A stretch of DNA of 64,000 bases, taken from positions 186,001 to 250,000 of the forward strand of contig JAQGDQ010000096.1 of assembly GCA_030141605.1 (NCBI GenBank), read 5' to 3'. Below, piece by piece: positions 1 through 10,200 of the stretch. Position numbers and translations under genes: made by a program. Numbering within the stretch: position 1 is the stretch's first letter; every line of letters begins with the position of its first letter. This DNA is from Tubiluchus corallicola. Its lineage: Eukaryota > Animalia > Priapulida. Below the pieces are notes generated by a model that was given only the letters and a program-made list of their open reading frames with translations, ran no database searches and was not told the DNA's origin.

Positions 1-560
1 GCAGATCCAGCAAGGGAATGAGATGACGTTTGTGAAGGACTAGAGTTATTGCCAATACCAGCATGTATATTTGACCGACAAGAGCGTGTGTCTGAAAAGT
101 TTATAAATACCAGTTGTCAAAATACAAAAGTGGCATCTTTTATTGAAATTCAATGACTCATAAATAAATAATGATTCAATGAACTAATTTAAGCGACACT
201 GACAACAACACTGATATAATTTAGCATCAAAACAAAGTATATCATTCTATTACAAGTAAATAGGCAAAATGCTACGACATCACTGTCTAGTCTTCACTCC
301 TTCAAATTTCACCGACTCACGTGACCTTAGTAAATAGCGCCAAGTAATGAAACGAATCTCTTAGTTTTCAGTTACAGGCTTACATTTGCAGCTAAGTAAT
401 ATCACATTAAACTATCTATAATACATTCTACATGTACAGACTTACCAGTATGTTCGAAAATATTAGTATTTTCTAGCTGTGTCTTCCTTTCTTTGGTTCT
501 GACAGACTTGCTTGCCTTCGACTTCACTCCTACCACCTCCTTCCCTACCTGGGCACCCAT
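1..560 (-). CDS. Abl: Abl non-receptor tyrosine kinase, N-terminal (1b-type, myristoylated) exons; partial, continues off the left edge
   Basis: Exon 560-446 (acceptor AG at 566-565, ATG at 560, donor GTAAGT at 445) encodes MGAQVGKEVVGVKSKASKSVRTKERKTQLENTNIFEHT. This matches the MG(A/Q)QxGK...NIFxEH pattern of Abl 1b first exons (Drosophila MGAQQGKD...NIFTEH; human ABL2 MGQQVGR...NIFTQH). The phase-1 intron joins in frame to an open exon from 91 leftwards (DTRSCRSNIHAGIGNNSSPSQTSSHSLAGS, acceptor TTTTCAG). SH3/SH2/kinase domains are outside the window. Confidence 0.75.
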
Positions 561-929
561 AAGCCTAATAACACATCATATAACACGCAAGCAGCGATTT
601 ACTGTAAAATATGCCAATTAATAAATTTACGGTTAATAATTTTTACATTTCTGAGTGTAAAACTGATAACATTCCTAATTTTGTAAATGCTAATAAAATA
701 ATACAGGAATCATAACGCAAAAACTGAGAAACAAGAGCACAACATGTGATGATGTCATAGGGATATAGGCAAGCGCAGTACCAACCAGCAACCATAGATT
801 CTAAAATGGTTTAGTTCAGTCCATAGTTCAACCAGAAAGCTTTAATTTTTTTGGTTTCAAGGACTTCAACCAATAATCTGTCTGATTTAACTTTTTCTCA
901 CTTGACATGTATTTGACTGCATAATGCAG

Positions 930-1683
930 GCCTACATGTATTTTGTTTCTCTTATACATAGGGTGTAACATAACATTTCGCTGGAACAAGTACTATAGAA
1001 ATCGGATTTGAATCGAACTGAATTTCAGGCTACCGAATTCGAATTATGATGAATTCGAATTCAGTATTAAAATTTTTCGAATAAACTACGAATTTTTAAT
1101 AAAGCTAACAGTAAAACTCGATTTATTTTTGTAGATTGGCACCACTCACCTATCACCAAGACTATAATGACTAATTTGTGTAGCTAATATTAAGAATTAC
1201 AGTGGAAGTAGTTTGATGCACTTAACAATCTAATAACTCTACTTTTGCTTGTTGTTTTTAAGTGACGTGTTTGAGATTAGTTACTGTTTCTTATTTATTT
1301 AGTAGCCTACATGTATTTTGTTTCTCTTATACATAGGGTGTAACATAACATTTCGCTGGAACAAGTACTATAGAAATCGGATTTGAATCGAACTGAATTT
1401 CAGGCTTCCGAATTCGAATTATGATGAATTCGAATTCAGTATTAAAATTTTTCGAATAAACTACGAATTTTTAATAAAGCTAACAGTAAAACTCAATTTA
1501 TTTTTGTAGATTGGCACCACTCATCTATCACCAAGACTATAATGACTGATTTGTGTAGCTAATATTAAGAATTACAGTGGAAGTAGTTTGATGCACTTAA
1601 CAATCTAATAACTCTACTTTTGCTTGTTGTTTTTAAGTGGCGTGTTTGAGATTAGTTACTGTTTCTTATTTATTTAGTAGCCT
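930..1683. repeat. Tandem duplication, 375-bp unit x2
   Basis: 930-1304 and 1305-1679 are near-identical (about 5 substitutions by eye); GCCT occurs at both ends and at the junction. Confidence 0.95.
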
Positions 1684-2109
1684 TAAATAATGTTTAACTG
1701 CACGTCCTACAAGTTGCTTCTGAAAATTAATATAGACTTAAAGGATATTAAATAATTATTTAGTCGTGTGCAAAGGCCATGCTAACAGCACAAATATTTT
1801 CTGAAATTTAATTACTATAATGAATCCGCAATCCAAACTTCAGAAGGAAGCTTATCGCCAATGCTGACGAAATTTTCACACTCAGTACTTATTTTCTTTT
1901 TACTGCAGCTTACAAAGTAGCGCATAATTGCTTTGGTTCTATAGTAAAAAAATAATAGATATTTTGAAAAATAGTCCACAAAAATCTTGGCTAAATTGTT
2001 CAGACTGTATATGATATTTCAAATATTTTAATGACAAAGAAACGAAAGTATGTGGAGCACTCGAATTCGACTGGAACGTCCGAACTCGATCGTTTGATGC
2101 TCACTTCTA
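959..2109. mobile_element. Non-autonomous DNA transposon (hAT-like MITE) whose left end was duplicated
   Basis: Begins TAGGGTG, ends ATGCTCACTTCTA, with subterminal GAATTCGAAT/TTCGAA repeats at both ends. Same motifs as the element at 24984-25323. Superfamily assignment is inference. Confidence 0.45.
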
Positions 2110-2156
2110 GCTAGAGGGTACAAAATACAACCAGTATGTTGCATTAGAGAACTGCT

Positions 2157-2518
2157 CAATCAATTGAGAATCTATTATGTCCACAATCATTGTATAGTGT
2201 GGAAGACTCGCGCATTTCGTGCAACATGTAATCTTGATAGAGATGATGGGAAATCATGTAACACATCCTGCAGAAGTCTCCTGAGTCCTGAGTATCTTTT
2301 GCGGGAATATCCTGAGTCGTCTTTTGAACATCAATTATCTTAGCTTCCACCCTATCTATTAGAAAGCTCCATCAAAACTGAGGTCCAGTGAATTTCCAAG
2401 CCAGTCAGTTCAATCAGTTCCACTCATGCTTTTCAACATTACAGGCTGTGTGGGATGCACAAGGTTTCCAATGCCTTCACACTAGATATTGAGGGCATGA
2501 TCGATTCTCAATTGATTG
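2157..2518 (-). mobile_element. Internally deleted Tc1/mariner element
   Basis: Perfect 16-bp inverted repeat CAATCAATTGAGAATC (2157-2172) / GATTCTCAATTGATTG (2503-2518), TA on the right flank. The minus strand carries decayed transposase motifs ASHTA and DWLGNSLDLS (cf. APCHTA, WPxNSPDLN). Confidence 0.75.
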
Positions 2519-2529
2519 TAACCGAATAG

Positions 2530-2670
2530 GTGTATTGTATAATATACTGTATTGTAGTGCAGATCGTAACGTGTACTGTAGTGTAGTGTATATGGCGTAT
2601 GGTATATGATATAGTACGGTAGGGTACGATCAGGTACTTTTCAGTATGGTATAGTGCAGCATGGTATGGT
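2530..2670. repeat. Degenerate (GTATA/GTATG/GTGTA)n pentanucleotide tract
   Basis: Visible 5-bp periodicity. Confidence 0.6.
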
Positions 2671-3113
2671 AACTACGGGAATATCGTTTGCTTTCAATAA
2701 ACAACATGATGATTTCGACAAGCTAGCTATTTCACGTGTTTATTGTTGCAGAAATGTCTAATTACAAATTGTTAGAATGACTAGCTGCCAATTTGTCAAG
2801 TGTCCGTAATTATGCCACCTTCCAGTTACAATATGCATAAATCATCTGGTGCACCAAGTGCCTAATTCCAAAGCATTCATGATTCAGGTTGTCCAATGAC
2901 CAGATACCAAATGTCCTAGTTACCTTTATTTAAAGCGTGTCATTTTTTTCCTGTCACAACGTCTGAACTGAATGAATGCATGAAACTTTTAAACCGCTTT
3001 TGATGAACAATCTAATATGATTTGCATTCATATTGCAATTATGTGAATGTGTGAGACTGACTGAGGAGAGTTGGGATTGAATAATCCATACAGTCCACCT
3101 CCTATAGGCCACC

Positions 3114-3198
3114 AAGAAGAAAAGAAGAAGAAGAAGAAGGTGATGATGGAGATGATGGTGGTGGTGATGGTGGTGGTGATGGTGGCGATGATGATGAT
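3114..3198. repeat. Compound (GAA)n/(GAT,GGT)n microsatellite
   Basis: Direct reading; explains the poly-His and poly-Thr ORFs in the track. Confidence 0.9.
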
Positions 3199-3899
3199 TT
3201 GGACGAATGGCCAATGAAACATTTGAGCCAAGCTTGTTATAACACCATACGCCTACTATACTGTTTAATGCCATTACATTCAGTGAGCCTGCCCGTGCCA
3301 GCTCTGCCTTGCAGCAAACTTCCTAGCGATTTTGCATTAACCAGTATAAATTCGCCGACAAATTTAAAGCTGATTACTGTCATAGAAACGTGCCTATTCA
3401 TACGTCTAAAATACGAAAAGCACAAGTTTCTCGTAAGCATATTCGCTTTCACATACTTGGAAATTTAATTCCATAAAGTGCTTTGATATTATTACAATAA
3501 TGTTAATCAACAGTTAAACGTAGAGGGATTAACTGAGGCTCTGAAAATTGTGAGCCAACCAAGACTCGCAGCAGGCCTCACGTACTATGCATACGAGTTA
3601 TAAAATATTATATACTATTAATTAATAATTAATAAATAAATAATTAAAAAATTGTAAGGCAGGCAGGATAATTGAATTCTTACAAATCCTTATTAAATCA
3701 TTCTTGCATTCCAGTGTAAATCGAACCTCATCAAAGTCTAGCAAGAATCCAGACTAGCTGTATTAGAATTTTTAATTCCGATGTCTTAACAGCTGAATTG
3801 ATACTGACAGTAGAGAAATGTGGCTGTGTGGTTTATGCAATTCTAGAAACTGTGAAAAACAAGTTCGACTCGGATTGTTAATCTAGAAACTGAATGAAC

Positions 3900-4420
3900 T
3901 CAATTGCGTTGATCAGAAATGATCGCCATCTTAAGATTGGAAAAAAGACAATCCGACTCCGTCCATCAATGCGCAATTTGTTCTAGTATATTTCTGGGGA
4001 GCTTCGTGATGATCCGTTCGGAATTGGCAGAGGCCTTAGCTTTTTTCGAAATTCATGTTACTGCCACCATCTTAAATTCAAATAGGTGATAGAAAATCCG
4101 AGTCTGTCACCTGATGCTGAATTCCTTCTAGTATATTTTTATAAACCTTCAAGAAGATCCGTCGTGAACTGACGGAGTCCTGGCCTTTGTTGAAAAAAGT
4201 ATTTTCATTCCATCTTTAATTCAAAATGTCGGATCAAAAATTTGACTCCGCCAATCATTTCGGCATTTTAGTATATTCGTGTGAAGCTTCATGAAGATCT
4301 ATTGTAAATTCACGTAACCGTAGACTTTTTACAAAAACGACATATCCTCCCAACAACAAGAACAACAAGGAACGACATCCAGATGAGTAGCGATTTTGAC
4401 CGAGCCCTCGCCCAATAAAA
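3900..4420. mobile_element. Non-autonomous element with about 142-bp internal tandem repeats (Helentron/HINE-like)
   Basis: CCATCTT...AATCCGA/GACTCCG...TAGTATATT...GAAGATC units start at 3926, 4067 and 4210, followed by an (AAC)n tract. Architecture resembles HINE/pearl-type elements (inference). Confidence 0.55.
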
Positions 4421-4709
4421 TCATTTGGCATTTTTATATGATATTTGTAAACTCGGGAACATCAAATTTTAGGACCGGTCAATGGTATATGTTTTGTACT
4501 AGCTGGTAATTCAAGATAACGTTATACGCTGTACAATGTATTCCTTGTGTAATAATTGACGCTTCTTGAATTACTAGTTTAAATTAGGAATCAATAATAA
4601 TGTACATGTTACAACGATGCAATGAACTAATGCGAAGGACAACATTATTTCGAAAAATTAATACGATTGTCAAAAATAAAAACTTGATGATTAAAATAAG
4701 CAGGTAATG

Positions 4710-6310
4710 AAATGTATGATATTCATAAGTGTTTCGCTACAAAGCTTTCCCAGGCAAAGTTGTGTAACGTAAACTCACCAATAAGAAACGCCTGCACTTA
4801 GGCATACATTATTGTTATTGTCAATCCAAACATTATTGTGCTTTAGGTATAGCAAACAAGCTATGTCAATTAAATGCAATGGATATATCTGTAGTTATTT
4901 TACTGTAATGATTGAGGCACGTTGAGGCAGTGTCCTTTCAAGTAAAATGTTTAATTTTTACTACTACGGTCTAAGCGGGACGCTTTCTCAAGCCGGTGTT
5001 GGTTGTCACATTAGCAATAAGGTTGTAAATCGTTTAACATATGCTGACGACTTATGTAATACAGCTACAACAATATCTGCTTTTCAGGTTTTTGTAAACT
5101 GTTTTGCTACTAATCATGATGTTATAATAAATACGATTAATACGCACTATCGATCTTTATCAAAAGTATAATAATTTTTTACAAACAAATTAGGTAGCTA
5201 ATTTCGTAACATTAGGTAAGCTATAGGATTAGTTTGAGCAGCGTGCGCTTACGGAAAGCCACAACAATCTTACAAAAAGTCACGAATTCTCCCAATTACG
5301 TCACGACTTTCAAGTGAATGGCGGCAACCACCACGCCTGAAAATTTCTATTCAGAGATAGTATATTTTATATTTATGCTTTATAGGCAGTTCTTTGCAAA
5401 TTTCTTTGTTATATTTTTCTAAATTTAAGTGACAGCGGTAAAATAAACCCAACATACTGAGTGACTTATTCTTTCCTTTAAATAAACAAAGCATGCAGGA
5501 ACACGTCCCTACAAATACAAATTAAAAAAATACCATAATCTATAACAAACACATCTACATATATATATATATATATATATATCGCAGTGCTGGTTGAATA
5601 CACTAATTCTTAGCAACATTAAACCGTATCTTTCAATTTAGAATTACGTGTTTTTGAAATTTTATACACATAGTTAATCGACAATTTCTTAACTTCCATA
5701 TCTCCACTTTTATTTAAAAATATAAAGTTATCAATATCGCACATGGATGGGTATTCTGGAAAAATATCTGATATTTGATTTAAGAACGCAGTAATAAGAC
5801 GAGGTTATGATAGTTTGGCCTAAATTCATGTCTGGTATAAACTTTAGAAAAATAACTTTTAATGGCAGTGTATTAAGTGAAACTAGCAGAGAAAAATACC
5901 TTGGGTATTGGTTAACAAATGATAACCGAGACGACTGTAATTATGCTAACGCAGCAAGGTAAATCGTATGCTCTCATATCGACTCTCTGCTTATAGACTA
6001 GCAGTAAAAATACTACTTTCTAAACCATTTGTACTACATATTTATGGATTATCACTTTGAAGACAATTTTATAACTACATTCTTACAAACATCAGAGCTG
6101 TTTAATGAAGGATTAGCCATAATTTTCAGAGTTCAGTATCTGCACACTGCAAGCAGAATCACAGACGAATTGAATTTGCCGCATTTTAAAGTGCTGGGAA
6201 AAAGTGTTTTTATAGTACCATGTGCCATACAATGACAGTAAGCAATTCTCTTGTAGCCAATATTTTAAATAGTGACGTATACTTGCGTTTTCTAATATGG
6301 ATCAAGTGGA
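4710..6310 (+). mobile_element. Decayed non-LTR retrotransposon (LINE) reverse transcriptase in two pieces
   Basis: 4860-5170 reads ...AR*GSVLS..FNFY..GLS..L...GVGCHI....NRLTYADDL (RT core QG/YADD). 5850-6310 continues with EKYLGYWLT and later ORF2 sequence. Stops and frameshifts present; about 600 bp of unrelated sequence lies between the pieces. Confidence 0.8.
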
Positions 6311-7200
6311 GAGACAAGCTGTTTGCTAACAGAATTGTAAACACTTGGAATGCTTTCGTAGTTGATACTACTAGTTTGTTAGTTTTTAGCGATTGATTAA
6401 TTAATGTTAATTTACCGCCTTATTGTAACTTTATTCGAAACATGTACGATTGTCATAGGCGTTATTGGTTCTCTCCAAATTAAACTATTGTATAAACGTG
6501 TTGTATATACAGTAGTATATAATTCATATTTAGTTACATTGTATTAGAAGCCTTTTAACCAGATATGTTCAATTTTAGCGTATCGTTTTTATAGATTTTA
6601 TTTTTGTGCGTCATTTTACATTTTTTTAGAAACAGCATAAGTGCTGCTTGCGCCTGCTAGTACTATTAATTTTGAATATATGTATAAATGTCAATAAATA
6701 CAAATATTAATAAAAATAAATATTTGCACATTAATTTTAGTTTAACTTTCTAATTAGTTTTCTAATATCGTAAATATCGATATGTAGTTTGTAGTTTTAG
6801 TTTTTTATATGCTTGTATTTTATGCTACATGGGCGGGGAGTCTGAAATAAAGTTGTTTATCTGTCTATCTATAGCGTAAACAGCAAACTAACGGCGCTAA
6901 AATAAGTGCGTCAAAATAAATCTAAAATTTTTGCATTGTTTAAAACGTTTTACCAGACATTCGCAAAACCTATTTTGGGCAAAAAGTTTTCGTATAGGAC
7001 GGATCTACTGGGAAGTCAATATTTTATGCGCATGAACATGCGTTTCACGATAACATTAAAGTATAGATGAGCAGCGTATAAGTTTGTTGAATGCTTCCCT
7101 GACAGAATTACATGGTTTATGTGAATATTCTTGTTTTTCTCTCGCAGTATTATTATAAGATTACTAAGAAATTTTGTGACTAATTAATTTTTAGTTTGGA

Positions 7201-10200
7201 ATGAAGCACGTATTTGTGTGGTTTTGTTGTCTGGCAGCAGGTGCGGTTGTCTTAACCTCACAATCTGGAGTGCGATGGCACAAGCAAATGCGAACGTTAG
7301 ATGCTAATAACAATAATCGTGCAGTAAACAATCAACAAAGTTTTAATAAACGATCTTGGCGGTTCTCGCACTTGCCGGGTGAAGTAGTGAACTTGGGCAA
7401 TCAGTTCTGGGAAACAAAAAGGAAAAATACTCAAATTCATGATCTCAATATCTCGTTTAACCGTTGGAATGATAGGCACTCACAATCAGTTAAAAGAAAC
7501 AATCACAAAAGTGAGCTGCCCTTTGATGTGTCACTAGATTCTGGAGGCTTGTTGCATCTCTACTGGGATGTGAACTATGAAAAAAAGCTGATTACCTTTC
7601 AGGTAAATGTCAACTTGCAAGTCTTGTTTATTTTTCGATACTATTATATCGACGAAAACATCTCTCATGCTAATGTAGCTGCGCTAGTAAAGCCTTTCTA
7701 CTAAAACCCACTTCACAAGATATAAGGCCTCGCTTTCCCCATGTGCTGATAAAGCCACTCCACTGAGAAACGACACCCATCATGTTAATGGTGAAGCCCT
7801 CTCATGTGCTAGTGTAGCCATTGATGAAGTCACTCTCAGATTGATGAAGCCCACTCCCAAATTGATGAAGCCCAGTGTCAAACTTATGAACTCCACCCAC
7901 CCAGACCGTTGAACCCCATTCCCTTACTGATGAAGCCCACATTATACTGATAAAGTCCACTAACCAATGATAGCGCCTGTTTCTAAACTGATGAAGTTCA
8001 CTCTCATACTGATGAAGTTCACTTCCGGATTGATGATACCGACCCTCAAATTGATGAAGCCTATTTCGAAACTGATGAATATCACTTCCAAGCAGATGAG
8101 GCCCGTACTGTAGGATCCACTTCCAGTATGTTGATGAAGCATAATCTTGTACTGGCACACTTCTCTAGGAAAGGAAAAGGACTCTAGTACTGGGTACTGA
8201 TAAAACACACTACTGTCATTTCGATTGATTAAGTGATTCTTGTTCTGACGAGGCCTATTCCTATGCTGATTAAGTTCATACCATTACTGATGAAGCCTGC
8301 TCAGACACATTCTTTCACAAGTGGATCATGTTTTCTATATTGATGCTTATTTCCATACAAATGAAGCCCAGTGTGAAGACAATGTTAATAAAAGCCTTTA
8401 TGCTGCTTTAAAAAAGTCTACAAGTAGTTTCGTGTAGATTTAGTAAATCTCAGCTACTGTGTTGGCAAAGCTGTCCGTTGCAGTGTTTAAAGTTTTAAAC
8501 ATGATTTTGATCTAAATGAATTGTTTAGTATTCATTTAACCAAGTCGAACTTCGTGTTAAATAATGTCGTATCATAACCAATAAATATTCACAAAAGGCT
8601 TACTTTCTATTTCAGATAAAAAGTAACTTTAGCATTAAAGAAGGAAACTGGGTAGCAGTGGGCTTTTCCGACTATGGCAAACTTAGCAATGCGGACCTGT
8701 GCATCTTTTGGCTTGATTCGTTTGGTAATGTGCACTTTAAGGTAATGGTTGTATAATGACAGGTAAAACGTTCTTCACATTATAAATTTTAGCTCAAACA
8801 GTTTAATTTTTCGTGTTCTTTGCGTAAATTGGCAGTGTTAGCGTTTGAAAAGCAAGGACTATTACTAGCAGCATTAGTAGCTAGGTTCATCTGTATCGAT
8901 AAGAATACATTAGTGACAACGCATCAAAACTGGGGCCAATTTGTTCAAACTTTATTTGGTTACAAACTCACAATATATGCTGCGGTTTTAATGGTGTGAT
9001 GCAGAAATCCCAGATATAAACTATGGCGGGACTTGGAGTACAGCTATTTTATCTATTACGCAGTGGCTCTTACCAGAACTGTGCAGTGAGTAATTGACTT
9101 ATGATCAACACGTATTAAGGAAACGTACTTTCTGTCCACTTTAATTACTATTAGGTTAGAGTATTTATTGACAGAGCTTGTAGTTTAGGGAAGCCCACGG
9201 TTGTCAAGGGATAACTCACTTGTGACTACCGTGAAAGCGGTGACATAACGCCTAGGTTAGGGCATTTCCAGCTGCAAGTAGCACATGAACTGCGTTACAT
9301 TTACAACCAATAAAAAATGCATTGGACAAAATTAATCACGCTTTCGTCGAATTATACAACAAAGCAGATAATTCCAGTATCTTTATCTTTTTTACAGTTG
9401 TGTAGTTTATCATAGGACAAATAGCAATATTATATCTTTCAATAAATCCTAGTCACATACGATGCATCTAAAAAATTTGCGCATATAAAATTGGTAAGAA
9501 GATATCTGAGTGCTAGGTAAGACTGCGAGCTATGCGCATGACTATTATACTAATTCCTACTTGTTGATAGGCCTATTAATTTTACTTCAAATTTGGTAAA
9601 ACACAGGAATTCCTTTATTGGTTTATAGCGCCATGAGGTTGTCAACATCTTTTGTGTGTTCCTGATGAAAATCAAATATTAACTGCTGGCTAAGGTGACA
9701 TTCTAGAGACTGCTTTCGAAAATTTCCCAAGAGTCTAAAATGACTTATGACTTTAGGTACATGTATAATAGTTGCTTAAATTCTGTGGCAATCATGTTGT
9801 CTAGATGCTTGAGAAAGGAGAGAAAGAAAGGGAGAGAGAGAAAGAGAGAGAAAGATAGAAAGGGGGGAGGAAGGGAAAGAGAGACGTGCCTCGTTGCCCA
9901 ATCAACTAATAGAATGATAATTAACTTATGCAAATGACTTACTGATGCAATTGACTGAGTAACTAACTAATTCGGTAGTCACTGTAACTGTTCAAGTTTC
10001 ACTATGTGCTTGACTAACTGTCTGGTGAATTGCTTAACTTACAGAAACGGGCGGTTGATTCCTAACGTACCAACTGCTTGACTGACCGACTTACTGTGTT
10101 GATAGTGTGTATACATGTTGTGTACAAGTTTGTCTGCCTAATTCAGTGACAAACTGTCTAAGTAATAGTAATAGACTGATTATAAACACAAAAAGTTAAA

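Noticed and set aside
2954-3274. Poly-His / poly-Thr ORFs
   Set aside because: Translation artefacts of the GAT/GGT/GAA microsatellite; no splice context or domain.
7603-7704. Read-through ends of ORF-track calls for TBH, Smurf and KDELR exons (also e.g. 10746-10835, 14161-14265, 51881-52137, 63152-63267)
   Set aside because: These lie beyond clear GT donors or before AG acceptors, and homology stops at the splice sites.
7745-8370. CRISPR array, C/D snoRNA cluster or hammerhead ribozymes suggested by repeated CTGATGA
   Set aside because: Eukaryotic intron with no cas genes; units are only 21 bp; no C-to-D box spacing with terminal stems; the one TGATGAAG...CGAAAC at about 8052-8071 lacks the initial C and credible stems.
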